64,000 nucleotides of DNA, taken from NCBI RefSeq assembly GCF_018350175.1, contig NC_058374.1, positions 41,974,001 through 42,038,000 on the forward strand. The letters are read 5' to 3'. Each line of letters opens with the position of its first letter. The stretch's first letter is position 1. The notes beneath the pieces are model-generated. The model saw only the letters and a list, made by a program, of their open reading frames with translations. It made no database searches and was not told where the DNA came from. Positions 12,301 through 29,254 of this stretch are shown piece by piece. A program made the position numbers and the translations under genes. Origin of the DNA: Felis catus. Taxonomy: Eukaryota.

Positions 12301-13910
12301 GGGCCAAGAGAGGTAACCCCCTGCTCCATCCTTACTCTGTGAAGTAACCCGAAATCAAATATACCTGCGGAGTCACCCGGACTCTGTCTCCCCATCTGGT
12401 CCACTACAGGCAACCCCAGATCCGCATCGGACTTGTCTCCACTCCCTGCTCCCCACTTCAGACTCTCCTTCCCGAGTCCATGTGCCAGCCATTCCCCTTC
12501 CCTGAACTTCACCACTCCTTGCCCCTGCCTTATGTGTCCTCCTATGCGCGCACACAGATGCGCGCGCACACACACACTCCTCCCCCCACCATCCTCCAGC
12601 CTTAACTTCCCTGCCCCACTCTCCTTGTCTCACCCCCTTCTCCCTGCTGCCCACCCTGCCTCAGGACATCCGGCAATTCATCCTTCGATCCTTGGGGGAG
12701 AAGAGACAGCTCTACTACGCCATGGAGCACCTGGGGACCAGCTTCAAGGATCCTGTGAGTATCTCCCCTTCTCTCCATCCTACCCTTCAGTGCGCCCCCA
12801 GGAGGAGGAGAACAGTGATGCCCTCCATTTGTTTCCCACCCTCCCTGGGAGGCTTGGAGAGGAGTCTGCATTCCCAGATTTTCAGGGACAGAGGCAGGTA
12901 CCTGTAGTAGAGGGCAGCTTTGGGGTCATGCAGGCCTAGGTGTTGGTCTCTTCTCTGCCATAAACAAGCTCTGAACCCTCACTCGCCTCAGCCTCAATTT
13001 CCTTACCTGTGAAATGGGAACATCACACCTGTCTCATGGGACTCTTGAAACCATAGCACTAGCTAGAAATTAGAGAAAGTTCTGTTGCTGCTGCTTTCGT
13101 TACTATTCTTTTTATTGTAGTCATACGAGGAAACGAAAGGGCAGAGTTTTGTTCATTGCTAGGATGATAGCACAAAGCAGGTTTTCTCAACCTTCTTGGC
13201 ACCATTGACTTTTTTGACTTGATAATTCTTTGTAGGGGAGCAGAAGGGGGCTTTCCTAGGCATTGTAGAATGTTCAGCAGCTCCCTTGGCCTCTACCCAA
13301 TGGATGTCAATAGCACTTTCTGAGTCATGACCATCAAAAATGTTTCCAGACATTGCCAAATGCCCCTGTGGGGCAGAATCTCCTTGTTTGAGATCCTCTG
13401 GTTCAAAGCATAGCCTCTAAAGCTAGTTTAGTATGTATGGATGGATGGATGGATGGATTTTAAGAAGGCTCCACACCCAACATGGGGCTGGACCTCAGGA
13501 CCCCAAGATCAAGAGTCGCATGCTTTACTGACTGAGCCACTAGGTGCCCCTCTAAAGCTAGTTTGAGTCTCAACTCTGTCACCGACTAGCTGTGTGATCT
13601 TGGGCATGTTACTCTACTTCTCTGTGTCTTAGAGTCTTTTTTTTTTTTTTAATGTTTGTTTATTTTTGAGAGAGAGACAGAGAGACAGACACAGAGCATG
13701 AGCAGGGGAGGGGCAGAGAGAGAGGGAGACACAGAATCTGAAGCAAGCTCCAGGCTCTGAGCTGTCAGCACAGAGCCCGACTCAGGGCTCAAACCCACGA
13801 ACCTCAAGATCATGGCCTGAGCTGAAGTTGGACACTCAACTGACTGAGCCACCCAGGTGCTCCTGTCTTTTTTTTTTTTTTTAAGTTTTATTATTTATTT
13901 TGAGAGAGAC

Positions 13911-13948
<38 letters not shown>

Positions 13949-16900
13949 CCCATGAGCAGGGGAGGGGCAGAGAGAATCCGAAACAGGCTCCACACTGTCA
14001 GTGCAGAGCCCAATGTGGGGCTCAAACTCAAGAACCGTGAGATCGGGGCGCCTGGGTGGCGCAGTCGGTTAAGCATCCGACTTCAGCCAGGTCACGATCT
14101 CGCGGTCCGTGAGTTCGAGCCCCGCGTCAGGCTCTGGGCTGATGGCTCAGAGCCTGGAACCTGTTCCCGATTCTGTGTCTCCCTCTCTCTCTGCCCCTCC
14201 CCTGTTCATGCTGTGTCTCTCTCTGTCCCAAAAATAAATAAACATTGAAAAAAAAATTAAAAAAAAAAGAACCGTGAGATCATGACCTGAGCTGAAATCA
14301 GGAGTCGGGACACTGAACTGGCTGAGCCACCTAGACACTCCTTAGAGTCTTCAACTGTAAAATGGGCACATTAAGACAGGGTGTTTCATAAGATTGGAGC
14401 ACCAGGGTGGCTCAGTCGGTTGAGCATCTGACTTCGGCTTGGGTCATGATCTCACGGTTTGTGAGTTTGGGCCCTGTGTCGGGCTCTGCTGACAGCTTAG
14501 AGCCTGGAGCCTGCTTCGGATTCTGTGTCTCCCTCTCTCTCTGCCCCTCCCCTGTTCACGTTTTGTCTCTCTCTCTCGCTCGCTCTCTCAAAAACGAATA
14601 AATGTTAAAAAAAATGTTTTTAATAAAAGGTGTTTCATAAGACTATTGTGGACATTAAACAATAAAGTTTCATGTAGTCCACTTTTGTGTATAAAGTTGT
14701 TAGAACAGCATCTGACAAATAGTTCTATGTAAGCAGTTGTTGTTGTTACAGAGTTTGGCCCAGCACCCAGGGCTCCTGACAATGAGTCTGGGGCTTTTCT
14801 CACCTCTACCTTCCTCTCTGAAAGTTCAGAGTCTAATGTCAGGGGTTCAGGCTGGATGTGGTGGGTGATGGTGCTTTTCCTAACTGTCCCAGGATTCCTG
14901 GACCCCAGCAGCTGTCATCCCAGAGGCACTCAGAGAAAAGCTCAGGTAGGAGATGCCCTGTGGTGGGAGTGGCCTGGCCTGAGCTGGAAGGTGAGGGAGG
15001 GGTCCTGGAAGGTCTGGATTGGCCTGTGCATCCACTGAGTATGTCTCTCACCCCTGAGAGAGGATCAAGAGAAGAGGCCTTGGGACCATGAGCCGCCACA
15101 GCCAAAGCCCTTGACCCACTGGAAGGGTAAGTTCCCGGGAGAGCAGGAAGCAGGAGCTGAGAGGGCCCGGGGGCCGCCAGCTACTGCTGGGTCTGCCCCC
15201 AGGGGGCGCTCAACGCTCTCTGTCCTGTTCCTTCTCCTGCAGATGTCCTCCTCCTGGAGGGAGTCACCCTGACCCAGGATGCAAGACAGCTGAATGGGTC
15301 AGAACGGGCCGTGTTGGATGGGCTGCTCACCCCAGCTGAGTGTGGGCTGCTGCTGCAGCTGGCCAAGGTAAGAAGACCTGTGAGTAGGCACTGTTGGCTA
15401 GTTAGGGACCTCAGGCTCCGCACACCCAGCCTGCCCCCTGTTCTGCCATCTCTGGTTCTCCAGGGGCCCTGCGCCTGCCACTACCTCGCCGCCGTGGACA
15501 AGTTCCCTTCCTCTTAGCTGAGGTGGGGTGGGTGGACACTCTTTACAAAGGAATTTTGCTAGAAATTGATAGGAAGAACAAAACAAAAACCATGAAGGGA
15601 TAAAAAAGGGTGAGTGTGCGGGCGAGGATTCCTTGATTAGCCGAGAGTTTAATTATCGGCTTGGCTGATAGCTTAGCAGACGCACAGGCGTCTTCTTCCA
15701 TCCATTGTATCCCCTGCTCGTTTGGGTTCAATGATCCATATTCACCAGGTTGAGTCTCAGTGTGCCTTCCACACACACTCATTGAGTATCTGCTGTGCAC
15801 TCGGAACTACTGGGTTACAGGGGGAGGTAGATGAACGTGGACCTGCCTTCAGGACCTCACTGCATAGAGAAAGAATCAGACACAGAGACACATAATTAGA
15901 GCAAGGGGTAAGTTTGCTACATGTACCCATCCAAACAGAAGCACCAAAATGCAAAGTCACAGAAGGCTTACTGGGCGGAGGGAGGTGGGCTGGCATTTGA
16001 GCTCAGTCTTAAGGATGAGTTAACAAGCAGAGAAGGGGAAGAAAGCCAGGCTGGAAGGGCGAAGGACAGGGGGTACTCTGGCAAGTGCAGTAGAGCACGG
16101 GAGTTAAGAGCATGGGACAGTGATTACCTGGGTGAGCTCACGCAGTGTATTTTAATGTCTCTGAGCCTAGTTTCTTGAGCTGTAAAACAGGGATAAAGGC
16201 AGTGGTTCTTTTAGGGTTGTTGTGAGGTAGTACATGGGAAAGGTGTTAGAAGAATATAAAAAGTGCTTAGGGTTAGCCATTATCTATTATCTATCTATTA
16301 TCTATTATCGCTATTATCATCAGGCTGTGGATCATCCAGAAGAGGTCCAGGGGAGAGAACCCAAAGGTGGAGGTACGGAAGAGATGGCGAAGGGCCTCCT
16401 GTACCCTACCAGGGAGTTTGTAGGTGGTGGACAGCTTATTGGAGAATTTAAGGAGGGGGTTGAGCAGGGTCCTGAGTCACCATCCTGCAGAATTGGTAGA
16501 TCCCTCTAGTGGCACTGTGGAGAATGCAGTGGGCGAGGAAAGTAAGGGGAGAGGCTTCTGGGGTGATGCAAGCATGCCACTGCCTTAGGTTAGATCTTCA
16601 TTGCAAGGAAATGGAGAGAGGGGACAGATGAGAAAATATTTAGAAAGTCAAAGATAGAGAAGTTCAGGACTAAAGGATAGAGTCAGGGATAACTCCCAAG
16701 TATCGGACTTTCTTTCTGTTCCTTCATCACACTATATTCATTCAGGCCTCAGGACCTTTGCACTTACTATTTCTGCAGCCTGGAACATTTTCTCTCTCAC
16801 ATGTTGAAGCGGCTCCTTCATACCATTTGCTTTTTTTTTTTTAATTTTTTTTTAATGTTTATTTATTTTTGAGACAGAGAGAGACAGAGCATAAATGGGG

Positions 16901-19900
16901 GAGGGGCAGAGAGAGAGGGAGACACAGAATTGGAAGCAGGCTCCAGGCTCTGAGCCATCAGCCCAGAGCCTGACGCGGGGCTCAAACTCACGAACCGTGA
17001 GATCGCGACCTGAGCTGAAGTCGGACGCTCAACCGACTGAGCCACCCAGGCGCCCCATACCATTTGCTTTCAATTTGGATGTCACCTCATCAATTAGCTG
17101 TCCCCTAACCACTGCCTGGGTACTCTCAAGGTTGAAACCCCGTTTTAATTTTCTTTTCTTTCTTTTTTTTTTTTAATTTTTTAATGTTTATTTTATTTTT
17201 GAGGGAGAGAGAGACAGAGCATGCACAGAAGAGGGGCAGAGAGAGAGAGAGTCACAGAATCGGAAGCAGGCTTCAGGCTCTGAGCTGTCAGCACAGAGCC
17301 CAACACAGGGCTTGAACTCACAAACTATGAGATTGTGACCTGAGCCAAAGCTGACGCTTAACCGACTGGGCCACATAGATGCCTCCGTTTTTTTCTTTAT
17401 ACCACTTGCCACCATCTGAATTGATCTGGCTTGTTTATTCATTTATTATCTCAACATATGAACTGCATGAGAGCAGGGACCTTTTCATGTTCACAGTTGT
17501 GTACTCAGTGCCTAGAACAGTGCCTGACATATAGTAAGCACTCAGTACAAATTTGTTGAATGAATAAATACAAGGAGAGAAGGTTAGATGGCTTGGGTGA
17601 CCATGGAGTTTATATGCAGGGTTACAGGTAGTGGTTTCAAAAAGCAACCAAAAGAATAGGTGTCAGGAAAAGGACATCCAAATACCGGGAGACCCCCAGG
17701 TAATGAGACTCGCATAGGTGGTTGGGTAATTGGGACTCAGCATCAAGGGTCCTCACGTTCTCCAAGAGTGTGTCAGGTGGGAAAAGGTCAGAGACCTGCT
17801 GTCTCCCCACCTTGAGCTGGTTGGGACCTTGCCTGACTATCAAACCTCCTGTTAGGGCCTTGTTTCTGGAGAGACTCCTGTATTATTAGCTCATCAGGAG
17901 TGAATGCTCAAGCCCTTCCTGCCCCGCTTCCCCAACAGCCCTTAGCCTCTCAGAGGCCCCTTCCCCACTGTAGGAAGCTCTCCAGCGTTCTGGGCATAGA
18001 AGCCCCGGTGAGTGGGATTCCATATCTTTACCAGAGAGTGACAATACAGACATGAAGATAGTCATTCTGCATGAAGGGCAGCAGCTCAGGGAGGGGGGCC
18101 ACCAGAGAACCTTGGGGCTTCTAGCTTCTTGCAGGAAGCGGGAGGATTGGAGGAAGGTCTTGTATCCCTGTGGGCAGTGAGGTGGGAGATAGCCTGGGAC
18201 CCAGGGAGTATGACTCCACAGCCGACTCTCTCCCTCCACAGGATGCCGCTGAGGCTGGAGCCAGGTCTGGCTATCGTGGCCGCCGCTCCCCTCACACCCC
18301 CCACGAACGCTTTGAGGGGCTCACAGTGCTCAAGGCTGCACAGGTGAGAGGAAGCCCCCCTGCCCTGGTCTGAAGCCCAGAACCGGAGAAGAGGGTACGC
18401 AGGAGGCTGGGAACCCGGGCCTGGGCCTCTCCTGTGGAAGGGCTCTCCGGGGACCGAGAGTACCCGAGTCCTCTGCCTAGAGTTGGGGGTGGGGTAGGCG
18501 TTCTGAGACGTAGGGACCTGGGTTATGGTCACAGAGCCAATGGAAGGGGCAGTTTGGGCTGATGGACAGAGCCGGTTGCTGAGACTCCAAACCCGTGGGT
18601 GGAGAGCAATGGAAGTAGGGCAGGGGCTGGGTCTGGGCTGTCCTTCCATGGTCCCCTCCTTTCCCGCCCTTCCTTTCTCCGCTTGCAGCTGGCCCGGGCC
18701 GGGGCCGTGGGCAGTCAGGGGGCTAAGCTGCTTCTGGAGGTGAGCGAGCGCGTCCGGACGTTGACACAGGCCTACTTTTCCCCGGAGCGGCCCCTGCATC
18801 TTTCCTTCACCCACCTGGTGTGCCGGAGTGCCATAGAAGGTAATCGCCAGGGACCCCAGCTGTTCCTCCCCAACCTCGAGCCCCTGTTGGGCACTGCACA
18901 CCCTCAGCAGCCCCCGCACTCTGTGGGTTTTCTGACTCCCCTGCCCCGGTGAGGGCCTGGCTGCTCGGCCCGGCAGTGATCCCCCGAAGCCTCAGGGTGG
19001 GTGTGGATGGCAGTGGATGGGCCCCGGGGGTGTTCACCAGGCCCCTTTGCTTCCCAGGAGAGCAAGAGCAGCGCATGGACCTGAGTCACCCGGTGCACGC
19101 AGACAATTGCGTGCTGGACCCCGACACTGGGGAGTGCTGGAGGGAGCCCCCGGCCTACACCTATCGTGACTACAGGTGGGCGCCCCCCACCCCCAGGGGT
19201 CAGGCAGGTGGGCCTGGGTTGGGGGGTCTCACTGCCTGCTGTCTCCTTCCCTTTCCAGTGGGCTCCTCTACCTCAATGATGACTTCCATGGTGGGGACCT
19301 GTTCTTCACAGAGCCTAACGCCCTCACGGTCACAGTAAGCGGGGTAGGGGGTGTGGGGGTGTCACAGGGAGCCCAGCTGTGGACTCAGGATTCAAAACAG
19401 AAGGTTCCCAGAGGCAAATGCAGGGAAATGGCCTGGGGCCACCTTAACCCTTTCCTTTCCTGGCCTCCCCAGCCCTTTCCACCACTGGTCTGTGTTCAGG
19501 GGCTCTCTTAGAGGTTGATTACCCCTCCTCAGGGGATCTCGAGTGGCCCCTCCACACCCTGCCTTCAGTGTTTGCCTCACCTCCTTAGGTAGAGTGGGTA
19601 AAGCACAGGACCCCCAACCCTATTCCAGGCATAAACCAGGGGCTAGAATTGGGCAGAAGGAGAGGGGCAGTGAGTTTTCATCATTTATTCCTCCATTTTA
19701 CCCACTTAGCTTCTTCTCCACTAATGCCAGCTACTGATGATCCAAGGCCTCCTTGAGGTGGAAAAATGTCCCCAAGATCCTTATCCCCAGTACCCAGAGT
19801 CTGGTACTGCATTCGCACCCTCAGATTGCATCACCCTGGGTCCAAAGGGTTGGGCAGGGGTTGGGAAGGGACTGGCAGGAGGCCCTCCATGGAGGCCCCT

Positions 19901-20576
19901 TTTCTTTAGCTCCCAACTCCTCTAGCCTTGGTCTGGCACTTGTGCTCCTCAGGTTGAGGCCGATTTCTCATTTCCCCCAAGATAGGCCCTGAATTCAGGA
20001 ATGGGAAGTGATGGGTAGGAGAGCTGAACATTTTGTGCCCCTGCCCCCATCCTGCTCTAGGCAGTCGGGGCCAAGTTCTCTGAGAGCACCTATCCCTGGA
20101 GCTGAACCTGCCCTCACCCCCCAGGCTCAGGTTCGTCCTCGCTGTGGACGCCTCGTGGCCTTCAGCTCCGGTGGGGAGAATCCCCACGGTGTGTGGGCTG
20201 TGACGCGGGGACGGCGCTGCGCCCTGGCACTGTGGCACACCTGGGCACCTGAGCACAGGGAGCAGGTGAGGAGGAGCAGGAGCAGGAAGGGATGGCCCTC
20301 CTGGTGTGTGAAGGATGAGGGGCAGGGGCTGAGATGCCCCAGGGAGGGTCCTGGGGGCAAGGCGATGCAGGGGATTGGGCCAGACTCTCCTCCCCCACTC
20401 CCTAGGAGTGGACAGAAGCCAAAGAGCTACTGAAGGAGCCAGAGGAGGAAGAGGAGGAGGAGGAGGAAGAGGAAGAAACGCCAAGCAGAGACCCTTCCCC
20501 AGAACCCCCCAGCCGCAGGCTTCAGCGGGTCCAGGACAGAGTTGGGAAACCACCTCGGGTCCGAGAGGAGCTGTGA
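9366..20576 (+). CDS. P3H3: Prolyl 3-hydroxylase 3 (leprecan-like 2), 736 aa
   Basis: 15 exons: 9366-9857, 10787-10939, 11261-11462, 11537-11668, 12176-12312, 12665-12754, 14893-14945, 15059-15126, 15243-15367, 18242-18343, 18689-18839, 19058-19175, 19259-19334, 20125-20265, 20406-20576 (2211 nt, open). Leu-rich signal peptide, CxxxC motifs, 2OG-Fe(II) HAD...PHG motifs, C-terminal ER-retention REEL. Confidence 0.97.
13178..13400 (-). mobile_element. MER20-like hAT-Charlie DNA transposon fossil
   Basis: aaaaatgtttccagacattgccaaatgcccct core with ttctcaac/tttgaga termini resembles the MER20 consensus as I recall it. Confidence 0.7.
13455..14625. mobile_element. Cluster of about 5 CAN-SINEs in P3H3 intron 6 in both orientations, including a nested SINEC_Fc at 14045-14267 (+)
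   Basis: SINEC heads (ggggcgcctgggtggcgcagtcggttaag), (CT)n and poly-A tails. The nested copy has a 15-bp TSD AAGAACCGTGAGATC. Confidence 0.9.
16830..17385 (-). mobile_element. Two CAN-SINEs in P3H3 intron 9 (16830-17056 and about 17160-17385)
   Basis: Reverse-strand SINEC bodies; the first is flanked by TSD ataccatttgcttt. Confidence 0.9.
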
Positions 20577-20906
20577 GGGACTGAGCCAGCTCCTTGGGGA
20601 GGTGGCCACTTGACTTGTGAAGGGCCACCTTGATGCCAGGACCCACGAGAAGCCCCCATGTGATGAGAGCAGAACAGCGAGCTCTCTGTCCCTGCACCCC
20701 TACTCCCTTGGGGATCACGAGGGCTGTCCAGCCCTGGACTCAGAGGACAGTGCACAGACGAGCCTAGAGCTCACGAGGCCTGGCTGATGGACCTCCAGCC
20801 CTAGGACACTATGCCTCCCTGGAAAGAAATGGCAGGGATAGGACCCGACTGCTTCCAATGTGGAGGATGAGAGGGAGGATAGCCCCAGTGCCCTGTCCCA
20901 GCCTAT

Positions 20907-20912
20907 AATAAA
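20907..20912 (+). terminator. P3H3 poly(A) signal AATAAA
   Basis: AATAAA about 330 nt after the stop codon. Confidence 0.75.
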
Positions 20913-21409
20913 GAGCTGAAGACCCCTCAGCCAGGGCCCGATGGAGTGTATCACAGTTTCTCTGGTGTCTGCAGAGGGGAGTGGCTGTGGCTGGCCTGGG
21001 AGGAGACAGGTGTCTTTGGGCCTCCCAGAGGCGGGGCCACTCAAAGCCTGTGATTTGTCAGGGAAATCTCGGCCACCTGCTCCCCGCATGCAAATGGACC
21101 TAAACCCCTGACAGCTGCTCCTTGGGCCTCCAACTCTAAGCCCCGTCTTCCCTCTCTGGGCTTGACCGAGACATAGGGCAGCCTGATCCCTCTGGTTCCA
21201 GCCTTCACAGCCCCAGCAGGACTCCGTGAGTCATGGGGGCAAGGAGTGGGCCAAACCCCAGATGGGAGCGGGGTCGGGGTTGCTCCCCGCTTCCCACCCT
21301 TGGTCCACTCAAAGCAGGGACAGGCCCGTCCATCTTCCTCTCTGGATCCCCTGTGCCTTTCCCCACCCCCCAGGATCAGACCCAGGGGCAGCTGGTTGGG
21401 GTTTGTTGA

Positions 21410-22146
21410 GAAGAAGGATTATCCAGATCAGTCCCTTCTAATCTCAGCTCCTGCCTGCACCCTCCCCATATTCACCGTAACCCTCTTACCCCCCTTCCCC
21501 ACAACTCTCAACTAAGAGTCAAAATCTTGGGCATTGACGATGAGCCACCTCTCACCCTCCTATTCTGGCTCCTGGACTGGTTGCTAGGCAGGCCCTGCCT
21601 GCCACGATCATCAGCGTTGGTGGGGGCAAGGGCCTGGCGGGGTGGGGGGTGGGGGGGCTGGAGCTGTGGTTGCTTCTGCTCTTCTGCCCCCCTCCCAAAC
21701 CCCAAACTTTAATCCTCACAGCTTTGCTCTAATCCCATGGGGCCTGATGCTCTTATCTCTGCCTACAGGGAGACTGGCCCAGGAAGCACCCCTCGGCCCC
21801 TCTTCCCTCCAGGGCTTGTGAGGGGCTGCTCCTCTCTATAGCCCCACATCCCTGTTCCCACCTACCCACCGCCCCAGGCTGGGCCCAAGTCTCTCTGGAA
21901 GCCGCACACCTCCCTTCCTGCCCTCTCCCCACACCGTTGCCAGCTGATTTCATTTGCCTGACGTCGTCGTTGTCGTTGCCCTACCCTTCTCTGTCAGTGC
22001 TCCCCCTGACCCCCCCCCCCCCAGAGTTGGGGCCAGGCCAGGCCAGCTCCTCTGGCAGCAGAGCCGGGGCAGGTGACGGGTTGGCGTCGCAGCTGAGAGG
22101 GTGAGGAAGCGCCTGGAAACCTGGGAGAGGTCCAGTCAGAGTCCAA
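21410..22146 (+). promoter_or_regulatory. GNB3: GNB3 promoter region with K50 homeodomain (CRX/OTX2) sites, E-box, CRE-like site and probable non-coding exon 1 (donor at 22147)
   Basis: GGATTA 21416-21421, TAATCT 21439-21444, TAATCC 21710-21715, CTAATCCC 21729-21736, CAGCTG 21941-21946, TGACGTCG 21959-21966, AA|GTAAGA at 22147. Confidence 0.6.
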
Positions 22147-22420
22147 GTAAGAGGGGGCTGGCCTGGCTCGGCTGTCTGGGGCTGGGGGCTGCAGGGAGGG
22201 CTCGGGCAGGGCTGGGCTTGGCTGTGCAGGGCTCCAAACGTGAAGGGGCTGGTGGGGCGGTGGTGCAGGCCACCCAGTCGTCTCTCAATTTCTTGTAGTG
22301 GGTTCCAGCCCCTGAGTCAGGTGTGGGGGAGAGGACAGAAACGTGGCCTGGTGGGGACCCCCCCCTACGCTTACCCCTTGTTCCCGACAGGAGCCGGAGC
22401 TACCCCTCAACCTGTCAGCC

Positions 22421-27308
<4,888 letters not shown>

Positions 27309-27796
27309 GGAGGCTGGAGGAGGGGAGGTAAAAGGCCACGAAGACACAGCTGCCCCTCCCCTGCCCAATTTTTTTCTAAGGTTTCTTTAAGTTTTCTCTT
27401 CTATACCCTAGCTGCCATTCCCACCCAGCTTTGTCCCTTGAGGGCGGTGGGGAAAAATGGGGAGTCTGCCTTTGGGAGGCATTATCAGGGACATGGGGGC
27501 AAAGAACTGCCCCATCTCCTCCCATGGTCTCCCCTCTCCACGGTCCTGCGGCTTCTCCCTTAATAAGCAAGGACAACTGACCCCTCCCCAGCCCTTGGCA
27601 AGCCTAACAGGCTTCCAGTCTGAGGCCCCAGGCCCTAGAATTCCTCCCCCCAGAGCGACTACCTTTATCCAGATCTGGGTGGCAGAGAGCACTCAGCCCT
27701 GTGACTATGGCTCTGGCACCACTAAGATCCTGTCCCTTGTCTCCTTCATGATCTCTCCCTTTTCTACCTTCTTTATTTCTCTCCTAAAGCACCTGC

Positions 27797-27802
27797 AATA
27801 AA
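27797..27802 (+). terminator. GNB3 poly(A) signal AATAAA
   Basis: AATAAA about 490 nt after the stop codon. Confidence 0.75.
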
Positions 27803-28209
27803 GTGTACAGGCCTGGGATGTCTGGCTTCTGCCCCACTTCTGTTCCAAAAAGATGCAGGTCTAACTCAAGTAATAAAGCATTATAGGTGCAGGGATGAAG
27901 GTTGGGTACCAGACAGCTTGTGGGCAGAGTAGGGTGGAGGCAGAAGCCCAAGCCTCACAGAGAAGGCCTGAGACAGGTCAGGTGGAGAAGGTGCTCACCA
28001 GGTGGCTGGGGGAGCATACACACAATAGTTGACTACAACCTGCCTATGGTGCGTCTCTACAGGAAGGTTATGTTGAGAAGGAATGGGGTTATAAAAGACC
28101 CTGAATGCCAGGCTAGGGTGTAGACTTTATCCTAAGGGCAATGGGGAACAACTGAAGAGTTTTGAGTAGAGTAGTTTCACGGTCATGTGCTTCTCAGAAA
28201 GGTCACCCC

Positions 28210-28442
28210 TCAGGCGCCTGGGTGGCTCAGTCGGTTAAGCGGTCGACTCTTGATTTCAGCTCAGGTGGTGATCTCACATTTCGTGAGTTTGAGGCCCACA
28301 TCAGGCTCTGTGCTGACAGCGAGGAGCCTGCTTGGGATTCTCCCTCTCTCCCTCCCTCTGCCCCTCCCCTGCTCACGCTCTGTCTGTCTCTCAAAATAAA
28401 TAAATACCACTTAAAAAAAAAAAAAAACTAAAAAAAAAAAAG
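28210..28442 (+). mobile_element. CAN-SINE between GNB3 and CDCA3
   Basis: ggcgcctgggtggctcagtcggttaag head, poly-A tail, agaaaggt TSD. Confidence 0.88.
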
Positions 28443-29254
28443 AAAGGTTGCCCTAGCAGCAGTGTAGGTTGATGAAAAGGTGAGAGTCGAGACTGGAGAG
28501 AAACAGGCAGGAGGTAGATGGCAAGAAATGCAAGAGCCATAGGACAGGGGGCAGGGAAAAGGATGGGGAAGAGGTTAAAGAATACAGAATCACCAGGATT
28601 GAGTGCCAAGTGCCAGGATATGGGATGTTAAGAGGAAAGGATTCAAGATAATGGCCAAGGTTCAGGTTTGGGCAACTGGGTGGATAACGCGGTTATTTAC
28701 AGGGATAGAGAGCAGGGGATGAAGAATAGCTTTGGGGGCGGCAGGGGCAGGGAGGGCGGATTACAAATTCAACTTGTAGACAAACTACCTGTGAAGTGCC
28801 TGGGGCACTTGGATAAAGGTCAGGGTTAGAGAGATCCGGAAGTTACTAGAGTATAAGAAAGTGATACCTAAATCCCTAGAAGTGAACACCTAGAGAGAGC
28901 AAGAGGAAAAGGCCAAGGACAGAGCCCCGGGGGAACACTAGGATTTAAGGGAAGTGTATAGAAGAGGCCTGGAGGACGGGGAACACAAGTTTCTCAGGCT
29001 GCTTTTCTACATACAGAAGCCCAGCACAAGGTTTAGGCATAACACTTAAAAGCATAATTTAAAATCACTTTCTTTAATATACAAGAAACACACGAGACAC
29101 AAATAAAGCCTAAGAAAGTGCTCGGTCCCCCAAGCTGGTAGTTCAGGGGGAGTGGAAGACAACGAGCCTTTCCAGTCTCCCAGGGAAAGAAGGGGCTGTG
29201 AGGACACAACATCACCAGGCCCCTGGTGAACCCGGTGCTGGGGCCACGCACGGC

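Noticed and set aside
13649-14601. Recurrent small ORFs (MAQSVE...[14 protein letters not shown]) and tRNA-like A/B boxes here and at 56.9-61.8 kb
   Set aside because: Translations of CAN-SINEs; the tRNA-derived heads are not tRNA genes
18086-20718. Minus-strand ORFs of 277 and 270 aa antisense to P3H3
   Set aside because: They cross exon/intron boundaries of the sense gene and show no protein-family features
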